DNA of 32,000 bases from Sedimentisphaera cyanobacteriorum (GCF_001997385.1 NZ_CP019633.1:2220001-2252000); one strand, 5' to 3'. Shown: positions 14,464-22,495, counted from the stretch's first letter. Notes: a model not told the origin generated them from the sequence alone. Program-made: numbers and translations.

Positions 14464-15465
14464 GTGTGCGGTGATTATGCAGTAGAGCTCAGCGTTATCT
14501 CTCCTATGTACAACGAAGAGGCTGTGATTGGAGAAAGCGTTCGAGGGTTAGCAGAAGCGATTGAAAAGCTCGAAGCAAGCTGGGAGCTGATTCTCGTAAA
14601 CGACGGAAGCACAGACAATACCGCTGCAATAATAGAGAAGGCTGCAGGCGAGGATGAGCGGATTCGTGTGGTTAGCTATAAACGCAACAGAGGCAGAGGG
14701 TATGCCCTTCGCTCAGGATTCAATGCCAGTAGAGGCAAATACGTTATCACAACCGAATCAGACCTCACTTGGGGGAAAGATATAATCGAAAAGCTCTACA
14801 GTGAGCTTGTACGCAGCGAGGCGGATGTAGTGATAGCATCGCCCTACACAAAGGGCGGAAGGCTGGAAAACGTTCCTGCTAAGCGGGCTTTCCTTAGCAG
14901 AATGGGCAATGAAATCCTCAAACGCACCGTCCCCGCACCGATCTCAATGCTCAGTGGGATGACCCGAGGCTACAAAGGCGATATTATCCGCAGCCTGCCT
15001 CTCGAGCAGGACAGAAAAGAGATTCATTTGGAGATAGTTTCCAAATGCGTTATGCTCGGGCTCGCGTTCAGCGAGGTGCCCGCAGTTCTGAAATGGCAGA
15101 AACCCCAAACGAACGCCCCGAAGCGAAAATCGAAATTCAAGGCGGGAAGGCTGATCAAATCCCACCTGCTCTTCAGTATGTTCGAGGCGCCGGTAATGCT
15201 TTTCGGCACTCTCGGATTTGCGCTTTTGATTATCGGAGCGGTGTTCGGATTTCATCTCGGGATTGAATATTTCATAAGGGGCGAGGTAATCGGAGACAGA
15301 ATCATATTCATCCTCGTTACGATTTTCCTGCTCAGCAGCGGGTTCAGTATGTTTCTTTTCTGCTTCTTTGCCTACCAGATCAAAACCCTTCAGACCGAGC
15401 TTTTCAAAACCCAGCTTCTGCTCCACAAAAAATGCGGCAGGGAAAATGAGGGGATATCTAATTAA
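14464..15465 (+). CDS. Family 2 glycosyltransferase (polyprenol-phosphate sugar transferase-like) with C-terminal TM helices
   Basis: LSVISPMYNEE, LILVNDGSTDNT, YKRNRGRGYALRSG, ESDLTW, and two C-terminal hydrophobic helices. GTG start directly after the upstream TAA, with GGAAGG upstream. Confidence 0.85.
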   Translation: MCGDYAVELSVISPMYNEEAVIGESVRGLAEAIEKLEASWELILVNDGSTDNTAAIIEKAAGEDERIRVVSYKRNRGRGYALRSGFNASRGKYVITTESDLTWGKDIIEKLYSELVRSEADVVIASPYTKGGRLENVPAKRAFLSRMGNEILKRTVPAPISMLSGMTRGYKGDIIRSLPLEQDRKEIHLEIVSKCVMLGLAFSEVPAVLKWQKPQTNAPKRKSKFKAGRLIKSHLLFSMFEAPVMLFGTLGFALLIIGAVFGFHLGIEYFIRGEVIGDRIIFILVTIFLLSSGFSMFLFCFFAYQIKTLQTELFKTQLLLHKKCGRENEGISN

Positions 15466-15476
15466 TTGATTGGAAA
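15464..15476. repeat. Left copy of 13-bp imperfect direct repeat AATTGATTGGAAA
   Basis: 12/13 identical to 16610-16622. It spans the GT2 stop and the first codons of the AlbA_2 paralogue. Confidence 0.6.
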
Positions 15477-16632
15477 TATGCTTATGGATACCGAAGAACT
15501 AAAAAAAATTATAAGGCGCGGCGAAGACACGAAACATCAGTTCAAAGAAAATATCAACAACGAAACATCTTTAGCGGCTGAGATTGCGGCCTTTGCTAAC
15601 ACTTTAGGCGGCTTACTTCTAATTGGCGTGTCAGATACCGGTGAGATTAAAGGCCTCTCCAGCAGTGATGTAAACAGAATAGGAAGAATGGTTTCAAACG
15701 CCTGTTCTCAAGGGCTGCGGCCGGCTGTAAACCCCATAACAGAAAATATAGAATGTGAGAACGGCTTTGTTATTGCTGCCCAAATCGAAGAAGGCATTTC
15801 CAAACCTTATACTGACAAGGATGGAGTGATTTGGGTTAAAAGCGGGCCAGACAAGAGAAAAGCTACATCCAGAGAGGAAATTCAAAGGATGTTTCAGAGC
15901 TCAAGCCTAATCCACGGTGATGAGGTTTTGATAAAATCGATGGATTCAAAGCATATTGACAAAGAGGCCTTCGCAGAATTTATGGAAAAGGAGTTTGATA
16001 TAGCCCCTGAAGCAGAAAATCTCGAACGTTCACTCGAAAACCTAAACCTTATGAGGGACGGGTCTTTGAATCTTGCAGGAGCTCTTTTGTTCGGTAAAAG
16101 GCCGCATATTCAGCTTCCGGCTTTTATAGTTAAGTGCGTCTGCTACCCGGGCAAAGAGATATCTGCAAACAACTACATAGAAAGCAAAGATATTAAAGGA
16201 ACTATCCCGCAGATGTTTGAGGGAGTAACAGCATTTTTGCTTAGAAATATTCGATGGATCCAGAACGGCAAAGATATAAATTCAATTGGAGACCCCGAGA
16301 TCCCGCGAATTGCCTTAGTGGAGCTGGTGGTTAATGCCCTGATACACAGAGACTACTTTATCTCCGCCCCTGTAAGAATTTTTATCTTCTCAGACAGAGT
16401 GGAGATTATAAGTCCCGGGCATTTGCCGAATAATCTTACAGTGGAAAATATTAAAAACGGAAATTCCAACATAAGAAACCCGATCCTTGCGTCCTTCGCA
16501 GCAAAACTCCTTCCATATAGAGGTTTAGGCAGCGGGATAAGGCGTTCGCTGAAAGCATATCCCGGTATTCAGTTCGAAGACGACAGAGACGGCAATTTAT
16601 TCAAATGCCAATTGATTAGAAAACAAATTTGA
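15466..16632 (+). CDS. AlbA_2 (Schlafen-like) / HATPase_c_4-type ATP-binding protein, short form without wHTH tail
   Basis: GEDTKHQFKENI, FANTLGGLLLIGVSDTGEIKGL, SKPYTDKDG, VELVVNALIHRDY, VEIISPGHL and YRGLGSGIRRS. The start is uncertain: TTG 15466, or ATG 15478 or 15484. Confidence 0.8.
   Translation: MIGNMLMDTEELKKIIRRGEDTKHQFKENINNETSLAAEIAAFANTLGGLLLIGVSDTGEIKGLSSSDVNRIGRMVSNACSQGLRPAVNPITENIECENGFVIAAQIEEGISKPYTDKDGVIWVKSGPDKRKATSREEIQRMFQSSSLIHGDEVLIKSMDSKHIDKEAFAEFMEKEFDIAPEAENLERSLENLNLMRDGSLNLAGALLFGKRPHIQLPAFIVKCVCYPGKEISANNYIESKDIKGTIPQMFEGVTAFLLRNIRWIQNGKDINSIGDPEIPRIALVELVVNALIHRDYFISAPVRIFIFSDRVEIISPGHLPNNLTVENIKNGNSNIRNPILASFAAKLLPYRGLGSGIRRSLKAYPGIQFEDDRDGNLFKCQLIRKQI
16610..16622. 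repeat. Right copy of 13-bp imperfect direct repeat AATTGATTAGAAA
   Basis: 12/13 identical to 15464-15476, 1146 bp (a multiple of 3) downstream, within the last codons of the AlbA_2 paralogue. Confidence 0.6.
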
Positions 16633-16654
16633 ACGTCTTACAGCGGGCAGGTCA

Positions 16655-17590
16655 ATGAACAGAAAAACGAAGATAACGCTGCAGGCTGCTGTATCAGCGG
16701 CGCTGATTGGGTTTATACTCTCCCGCATAAACCTGCAGGAGCTTGGGTCTGCTATAAGCGGAGCAAGTGCGGGGCTGCTTTTTATCTGCTTTGTACTGCT
16801 GATTCCAAACTATCTTCTAAGGGCGTACCGCTGGAAGGTCCTGTTTCAAAACAGCTCGCATTCAATCACCCTCAAGGATTCAACCCTGCTTCTTTTTACA
16901 GGACTGGGGCTGAATCTCTTTATGCCCTCAGGCAGCGGGGATATCGCAAAGGCCTATTTCGGCTACAGGTGGTCTGGAGTGAAGGAGAGGATGGTTTCGA
17001 TAAGTTTTCTGGATAAGCTCATCGCTGTAAGCTCGATATCCATACCCGGGCTTGCTGCCTCGCTTATCACATCCCGCCCGATATTTGCCGGCCTTTCTCT
17101 TCTTGCCGGCATTCCGCTGATTTTTGTTTTTTTCTTTGCCGGCTGGATCTCTCGAAACGAAAAAGCGAAGGAATTCATAAAAGACCGTGCCGCCGGCAGA
17201 TTCGATTTTGAGCTTTTCTTCCACCAGCTCAATTCCTGCAGGGGCAAGCTCGTTTCTGCGGTTTTTCTCTCAATACTCGGCTGGACAGTAACATATTTTA
17301 TTTTTTTTATATGTTTTAGGATGATAGATTGTCAAATTTCGTTATATTACGTGTTTTCGGTTTCCCCTATACTCACGCTTGCAAGGCTTTTTCCGTTTGC
17401 TTTAAACGGGCTCGGCAGCGATGAGGCCGTGATTGGGTTCTTGTTTCTTTCAAGCGGCTTGGAGGCTGAAAACGTGTTAGCAGCGGCTCTTCTTTACAGA
17501 GTCGTTCTTTTGATTATTCCCGGGCTGGCCGGGCTTGTAATCTTGAATATCAAAAAGAAAATTATAACTTCCATCGATAAAACAGTTTAG
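16655..17590 (+). CDS. Flippase-like / lysylphosphatidylglycerol-synthase TM-region family (UPF0104) membrane protein
   Basis: 311 aa and polytopic. It has the characteristic LRAYRWKVLF motif after the first TM helices. Confidence 0.8.
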   Translation: MNRKTKITLQAAVSAALIGFILSRINLQELGSAISGASAGLLFICFVLLIPNYLLRAYRWKVLFQNSSHSITLKDSTLLLFTGLGLNLFMPSGSGDIAKAYFGYRWSGVKERMVSISFLDKLIAVSSISIPGLAASLITSRPIFAGLSLLAGIPLIFVFFFAGWISRNEKAKEFIKDRAAGRFDFELFFHQLNSCRGKLVSAVFLSILGWTVTYFIFFICFRMIDCQISLYYVFSVSPILTLARLFPFALNGLGSDEAVIGFLFLSSGLEAENVLAAALLYRVVLLIIPGLAGLVILNIKKKIITSIDKTV

Positions 17591-17598
17591 AGTGATAT

Positions 17599-18111
17599 AT
17601 GGGATTGTTAAAGAAAGCAAAGATGGGGATATACCGCTTTATACGGATATTCCGGTGCAATGATGTGATGGGCATAATGAAGCCTGATGCCGAAACGGTG
17701 CTTGATATTGGCTGTCAGGAGATGTATTTCTACAACCAGCTCAAGGAGCATTACGATGTCACCCTTGCAGACTGCGAGCCGAGAAACGGCCACATCGTTA
17801 AAGAGAATGTCGAAAACTTAAGCTTTGATGATTCGAGCTTCGATATAGTAATCTGTCTTCAGGTGCTCGAACACGTTCCAGACCCTGTAAAGGCAATGAA
17901 AGAGCTCAAGCGGGTGGCAAGAAAACAGCTGATTATAACAGTTCCTAACGAGCCGCAGTTTACATTCGCACGTATGGGCACTTGGGAGAAAGAACATCTA
18001 TGGGCAATACAGCCCAAGGTTTTTGAACATCATCTCGGCAAGCCCGATATGTTCAAAACGATAATCTTCAACAGATACTGCCTGTTTGCTTGGGATATAG
18101 GCGAGGAGTAG
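17599..18111 (+). CDS. Small class I methyltransferase-fold protein (Methyltransf_11-like) with degenerate SAM motif I
   Basis: VLDIGCQEMYF (expected LDxGCGxG), DVTLADCEP, and FDIVICLQVLEHVPDPVKAMKELKRVARKQLIITVPN. Confidence 0.7.
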   Translation: MGLLKKAKMGIYRFIRIFRCNDVMGIMKPDAETVLDIGCQEMYFYNQLKEHYDVTLADCEPRNGHIVKENVENLSFDDSSFDIVICLQVLEHVPDPVKAMKELKRVARKQLIITVPNEPQFTFARMGTWEKEHLWAIQPKVFEHHLGKPDMFKTIIFNRYCLFAWDIGEE

Positions 18112-18115
18112 AGCG

Positions 18116-19210
18116 ATGAAGATTCTCTGCGTTTGCGGAGCAAGACCCAACTTTATGAAAATTGCACCGATAGTCGATGCCTTCTCAAAGGCGGGTATCG
18201 ACCGGGCAATCGTGCATACAGGCCAGCATTACAGCCCGGAGATGAGCAGAAATTTCTTCGACCAGCTCGAAATCCCAAAGCCCGATGTGAATCTGGAGGC
18301 AGGCCCCGGTTCGCACGCATTTCAGACCGCAGAGATAATCAGACGCTTCGAGCCGGTGGTGATAGACCAAAAGCCTGATGCGGTTCTCGTGGTGGGCGAT
18401 GTAAACAGCACCATCGCCTGCGGGCTCACGGCAGTGAAGCTTGGGATAAAGCTGATACATGTGGAAGCGGGGCTGAGAAGCTTCGATAAGGCGATGCCCG
18501 AGGAGATAAACCGAATCCTCACCGATTCAATAAGCGATATGCTGTTTGTCTCTGAGCCCTCAGGCATTGAAAATCTGCGAAGAGAAGGCAGGCCTGAAGA
18601 GGCGGTGTTTCTCGCTGGAAATGTGATGATTGATACGCTCTTCAAACGATTGAGCAAAGCTGGAAACTCAGATATTCTAAAAAGGCTCGGACTCAAAGAG
18701 AAAGAGTTCCTCACACTCACCCTCCATCGCCCTGAAAACGTTGACAGCAGAGAAAGCCTTCTGAAGGCTGCTGAACTGATAGAGCGTGCCTCTGAGCAGC
18801 TCAAGATTGTTTTGCCTTTGCATCCGCGCACGAAAAGAGCGTTCAAACAAGCCGGCTTGGAAGAGAGGATCACAGGGATTGAAAATCTTGTTATCTGTCC
18901 GCCACTGAATTATATCGATTTTTTGAGGCTCCTCAGCACTAATGCCTGCGCTCTAACCGATTCCGGCGGCGTGCAGGAAGAAACAACCGCTCTGGGAATC
19001 CCCTGCATCACCCTGCGTAAAAATACAGAAAGGCCTATCACGATAACAGAGGGTACAAACACCTTAACAGGCCTGAATCCCGAAAAGGCCGCCTCGCAGA
19101 TCAAAAAGCTTTCTGAGAATAATTTCAAGGCAGAAGGCAGATGCCCGAAACTCTGGGACGGTAAAGCAGCTGAAAGGATTGCAGCAGAGGTTATTAAAAC
19201 CCTCGCATAA
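18116..19210 (+). CDS. wecB: UDP-N-acetylglucosamine 2-epimerase (non-hydrolysing)
   Basis: MKILCVCGARPNFMKIAPI, HTGQHYSPEMS, VVGDVNSTIACGL, HVEAGLRSFD, MPEEINR, TDSGGVQEE. Confidence 0.92.
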   Translation: MKILCVCGARPNFMKIAPIVDAFSKAGIDRAIVHTGQHYSPEMSRNFFDQLEIPKPDVNLEAGPGSHAFQTAEIIRRFEPVVIDQKPDAVLVVGDVNSTIACGLTAVKLGIKLIHVEAGLRSFDKAMPEEINRILTDSISDMLFVSEPSGIENLRREGRPEEAVFLAGNVMIDTLFKRLSKAGNSDILKRLGLKEKEFLTLTLHRPENVDSRESLLKAAELIERASEQLKIVLPLHPRTKRAFKQAGLEERITGIENLVICPPLNYIDFLRLLSTNACALTDSGGVQEETTALGIPCITLRKNTERPITITEGTNTLTGLNPEKAASQIKKLSENNFKAEGRCPKLWDGKAAERIAAEVIKTLA

Positions 19211-19234
19211 TTGCCGCTGAAATCATATTTACAT

Positions 19235-19263
19235 TTGACTAAACTGCCTATTTCTCTGATAAT
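19235..19263 (+). promoter_or_regulatory. Putative sigma70-type promoter TTGACT-N17-GATAAT upstream of aroF
   Basis: TTGACT at 19235-19240 and GATAAT at 19258-19263. AAGAGGA Shine-Dalgarno before ATG 19308. Confidence 0.5.
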
Positions 19264-19307
19264 TCCCGCAAACTTCATATCAGCTGAAATTAATAAGAGG
19301 AAATTGT

Positions 19308-20327
19308 ATGATCGTTGTAATGAAGCCGCAGGCATCGAATGAGGATGTTAAGCACGTAGTAAAGCTTGTAAACGACTTCGGCCTGAAAGAAAATATTATA
19401 TACGGAACTGACAGGACTGTTATCGCCTGCATCGGCGATAAAAGGCACGTTGAAAAGAGTGCTATAGAGAACGCCGGAAACGTGGAAAAGGTGGTTCCGA
19501 TTCTCGCTCCGTACAAGCTCGCCTCAAGGGAGGTGGTGAAGGAGAAAACGGCGATCAGGATCGGACCTGAAAAATTCCCGCTCGGGGGCAGTAAAGTGGG
19601 TGTTATAGCAGGGCCTTGTGCTGTGGAAGACCTCGATCAGGTGCTGAAAACCGCTGAAAAGGTGAAAGAAGCCGGCTGCATCGGGCTTAGAGGCGGAGCA
19701 TTCAAACCCAGAACAAGCCCTTACAGCTTCCAAGGGATGAAATATGAAGGACTCGAGATCCTCGCCAAGGCAAGAGAAAAAACAGGGCTTGCGATTGTTA
19801 CTGAAGTGGTGAGCCTTGATAATGTAGATGCAGTAGCCCAGACGGCAGATGTTTTGCAGGTTGGGGCGAGAAATATGCAGCATTACCCCCTGCTCGAAGC
19901 TTTGGGCAAGGTGAATAAGCCTGTTCTGCTGAAAAGAGGCCTATGCTCAAGGCTGGATGAATTCCTGCTTGCCGCTGAATATATCATAAATGCAGGCAAT
20001 AAGCAGGTTATTATGTGCGAACGCGGGATACGCACGTATGAGGAGTACGTTCGCAATACCCTGCCTCTTGCATCCATACCGGCCCTGAATGAAAGAACGC
20101 ATCTGCCGATAGTGGTTGATCCCTCCCACGGAACGGGACATTCGTATATGGTTGCGCCAATGTGCAGAGCCGCAGTTGCAGCGGGGGCGGACGGACTGCT
20201 GGTGGAATGCCATTTAGACCCCGAACACGCCCTCAGCGACGGGGCGCAGTCTATAACGCCAAATGCTCTGAAGGAAATGGTGCAGTCTGTAACAAAAATT
20301 GCGGAAACGCTCGGCAGGTCTGTTTAG
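19308..20327 (+). CDS. aroF: 3-deoxy-7-phosphoheptulonate (DAHP) synthase, type I-beta with N-terminal ferredoxin-like regulatory domain
   Basis: N-terminal MIVVMKPQASNEDVKHVVKLV (regulatory domain), IAGPCAVE, LRGGAFKPRTSPYSFQG, QVGARNMQ, KRG, DPSHGTG. Confidence 0.9.
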   Translation: MIVVMKPQASNEDVKHVVKLVNDFGLKENIIYGTDRTVIACIGDKRHVEKSAIENAGNVEKVVPILAPYKLASREVVKEKTAIRIGPEKFPLGGSKVGVIAGPCAVEDLDQVLKTAEKVKEAGCIGLRGGAFKPRTSPYSFQGMKYEGLEILAKAREKTGLAIVTEVVSLDNVDAVAQTADVLQVGARNMQHYPLLEALGKVNKPVLLKRGLCSRLDEFLLAAEYIINAGNKQVIMCERGIRTYEEYVRNTLPLASIPALNERTHLPIVVDPSHGTGHSYMVAPMCRAAVAAGADGLLVECHLDPEHALSDGAQSITPNALKEMVQSVTKIAETLGRSV

Positions 20328-20349
20328 AATAAATTGAGCCTTTAATAAA

Positions 20350-20450
20350 AGGTGTCGGGTTTACCACGCACAGCCCGGAAGCGCTTATGGCTGCTCGGTT
20401 CCCCGCCTGACCAGGTTCACGTCCCGAAGCTTGCATGGGACCCGACACAA
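20350..20450 (-). ncRNA. ffs: Signal recognition particle RNA (small bacterial 4.5S type)
   Basis: The minus-strand RNA GUGUCGGGUCCCAUGCAAGCUUCGGGACGUGAACCUGGUCAGGCGGGGAACCGAGCAGCCAUAAGCGCUUCCGGGCUGUGCGUGGUAAACCCGACACC carries the helix-8 core CAGG-CGG-GGAA-CCG-AGCAGCC. E. coli 4.5S has CAGG-UCC-GGAA-GGA-AGCAGCC, so the tetraloop-closing stem has changed by compensatory substitutions. A 9-bp terminal helix (20352-20360 with 20440-20448) is followed by UUUUAUU. A consensus-like promoter lies upstream. The exact ends are approximate. Confidence 0.85.
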
Positions 20451-20461
20451 ATGAACGACTC

Positions 20462-20490
20462 ATTATACACTAAATCTGTTTAAATTTCAA
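20462..20490 (-). promoter_or_regulatory. Putative sigma70-type promoter for ffs (TTGAAA-N17-TATAAT on minus strand)
   Basis: TTGAAA at 20490-20485 and TATAAT at 20467-20462, about 12 nt upstream of the SRP RNA terminal helix. Confidence 0.6.
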
Positions 20491-20670
20491 CCGCCATCAA
20501 AAATAAATTACAAATCCCCGCATACTTTGCCTCTACCCTGTTCAGTAAATCTCTGTATGACAGAGTTTTATAAACGCAATTCTGCTCAAATTTCTGCTTG
20601 CTACAGCGGTCTGAATGCTTGCTTAACGGCCTCGCCAATATAATAGACTCCTCCAAAACAATAATTAAGG

Positions 20671-20698
20671 TTGACAAAGTTGAACGTTCGAATAAATT
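20671..20698 (+). promoter_or_regulatory. Putative promoter TTGACA-N16-TAAATT with GAACGTTC palindrome in the spacer (candidate TetR operator)
   Basis: TTGACA at 20671-20676, palindrome GAACGTTC at 20682-20689, TAAATT at 20693-20698. GAGG Shine-Dalgarno before ATG 20732. Confidence 0.45.
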
Positions 20699-20731
20699 TG
20701 TCCGGACGACCAAACTAATTCGAGGTAAAAA

Positions 20732-21373
20732 ATGAGATACTCTACAAGCAAATTAACAGTACAAAATCTTATCAATTCCGCAGGCGAACTTGCGGCAAGG
20801 GTAGGCTTCCCGAATGTAACCACAAGGGGCATTGCAAGGCTTTCGGGAGAGAACATTGGAACGATACACTACCACTTCGGAAGCAAGGACAAGCTGCTTG
20901 AGGCGGTTGTGCATGAGGTGATCGAAAAGAAAAGACACCTCCTTCGAAATGTACTCAAAGAGGGAGGCGAGCTGGAGACAAAGGATTCTCAGGCCAAGAT
21001 GATACGCAAGCTTGTAAGAAGAAACATAGACAATATGTTTCGAAGCGAGAATCCCGTATGGCATTCAAGAGCGGTATTTCAGGTACTCCAAACCGAATGG
21101 CGTTTGAAGGATATCGTCCAGAGGGAAATGATAGACCCCGAGCTGACTGCTCTTAAGGCATTTTTCAAGAAGGTAAAGCCCTCTCTTACCGACGAGAAGG
21201 CCTTTCAGCATGCCCTGCTTATGGGAATACCTGTTTATTTCCACGCTGATTACAGCAAATCAATCAAGGACAAGCTTGGTAAAGACGAGTATTCAGAAGA
21301 ATATTTGAACTATCTTGAAGATGTTATTACATACCAGACCCAGTGCGCAATGGGTCTTCCTTCCGATAAATAA
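20732..21373 (+). CDS. TetR/AcrR-family transcriptional regulator
   Basis: N-terminal HTH FPNVTTRGIARLSGENIGTIHYHFGSKDKLLEAVV. It sits first in an efflux operon. Confidence 0.9.
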   Translation: MRYSTSKLTVQNLINSAGELAARVGFPNVTTRGIARLSGENIGTIHYHFGSKDKLLEAVVHEVIEKKRHLLRNVLKEGGELETKDSQAKMIRKLVRRNIDNMFRSENPVWHSRAVFQVLQTEWRLKDIVQREMIDPELTALKAFFKKVKPSLTDEKAFQHALLMGIPVYFHADYSKSIKDKLGKDEYSEEYLNYLEDVITYQTQCAMGLPSDK

Positions 21374-21394
21374 AAAACCTAACTTGGGGAAAAA

Positions 21395-22495
21395 ATGAAG
21401 GCAAAGTATATATTAGTAACAATTCTGGTATCTGCGGCAGTGCTTTTTGCTCAGGAAATCCGTAATGTGGAGCTTGCAGAAGTTCAGAAGCTGGAATTGG
21501 ACACGGGGAACAGTTATCCGGGCACAGTAAAACCCTGCGAGAACACGAGGCTCTCTTTCAGGGTTTCCGGGCCTCTTGTGAAGGTGGAGGCTGCCCCGGG
21601 AGACAGGTTAAAAAAGGGCGAGCTGCTTATGCAGATAGACCCCAGAGACTACAAAGACAGCATTAACGAATTAGAAGCAAATTTGGAACGGGCAAAGGCA
21701 GAAAAAAACAAGGCAAAGCTCGATTACGACAGGGCGAAAAGACTGTTTTCCCAAAACGTGATACCAAAGGCAGATTACGATGCCGCCAAAAGCGCTTATG
21801 ATATTGCAGAGGCCTCTATCCGGAGTACGCAGGCTCAGCTCCAAATCGCAAGGCATAAGCTTGAGGATGCCTCGCTTACCGCCCCATACGACGGGGTAAT
21901 CACAGAGCAGTTCGCAGAGAATCACGAGATGATTCAGAAGGGGCAGGTGGTTATGGCTATGCAGGATATCTCGAAGCTTGAGGTGGATATCAACGTTCCG
22001 GAGAATGAGATTGTAAACTATGAGCTCGAAAGGGGCAAAGAGGCGAGCGTTAAATTTCCCGCTTTCGGCGAAAAGCTCTTCAGCGCATCGCTTTCAGAAT
22101 GGAACACGTCTGCTTCGAACAGGACAAGAACGTATCAGCTCACCTTCATACTCGATCCAGAGGGCAGCCAGCTTCTTCCTGGAATGACAGCTGAGCTGAG
22201 CCTGAGAACAAACTCGCAGACAGGCAAAACTTTAGTCCCTGCCGGCGCGGTTGTAAGCCTCGGGGATAACAGAAGCGCAGTTTGGATTTACAGCGAAGAA
22301 AACGGAAAAGCCTCCAAGAAAGAGGTTCAGTCCGGAAGGCTCTACGGATCATCTAAAGTGGTAATAGAAAGCGGCCTTAAAGGCGGCGAGATTATCGTAA
22401 CAAAAGGAGCTGATTTTATTACAGAAGACACAGAGCTTCGCAATACCAAATCCGCAGATAACACTGACAGTTCAGCCCGCTCGGAGGTAAGATGA
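21395..22495 (+). CDS. RND efflux periplasmic adaptor (membrane fusion protein)
   Basis: Signal or anchor sequence, a lipoyl-like GDRLKKGELLMQIDPRDY, and a coiled-coil hairpin (LERAKAEKNKAKLDYDRAKRL...AQLQIARHKLEDASLTAPYDGVI). Confidence 0.9.
   Translation: MKAKYILVTILVSAAVLFAQEIRNVELAEVQKLELDTGNSYPGTVKPCENTRLSFRVSGPLVKVEAAPGDRLKKGELLMQIDPRDYKDSINELEANLERAKAEKNKAKLDYDRAKRLFSQNVIPKADYDAAKSAYDIAEASIRSTQAQLQIARHKLEDASLTAPYDGVITEQFAENHEMIQKGQVVMAMQDISKLEVDINVPENEIVNYELERGKEASVKFPAFGEKLFSASLSEWNTSASNRTRTYQLTFILDPEGSQLLPGMTAELSLRTNSQTGKTLVPAGAVVSLGDNRSAVWIYSEENGKASKKEVQSGRLYGSSKVVIESGLKGGEIIVTKGADFITEDTELRNTKSADNTDSSARSEVR

Noticed and set aside
14944-15426. 160-aa minus-strand ORF within the GT2 gene, and the similar 183-aa ORF at 18322-18873 within wecB
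   Set aside because: Both are antisense to genes with unambiguous family motifs and have no motifs of their own.
20551-20570. Hairpin CTCTGT-atg-ACAGAG followed by TTTTA as an intrinsic terminator
   Set aside because: The stem is only 6 bp and GC-poor, and it lies about 220 bp past the aroF stop, beyond the ffs gene. This is too weak to annotate.
20251-20713. Minus-strand ORFs 20251-20463 (70 aa) and 20480-20713 (77 aa)
   Set aside because: The first overlaps the aroF 3' end and the SRP RNA gene. The second spans the ffs and tetR promoters, has no Shine-Dalgarno and has an implausible composition. Both are treated as non-coding.
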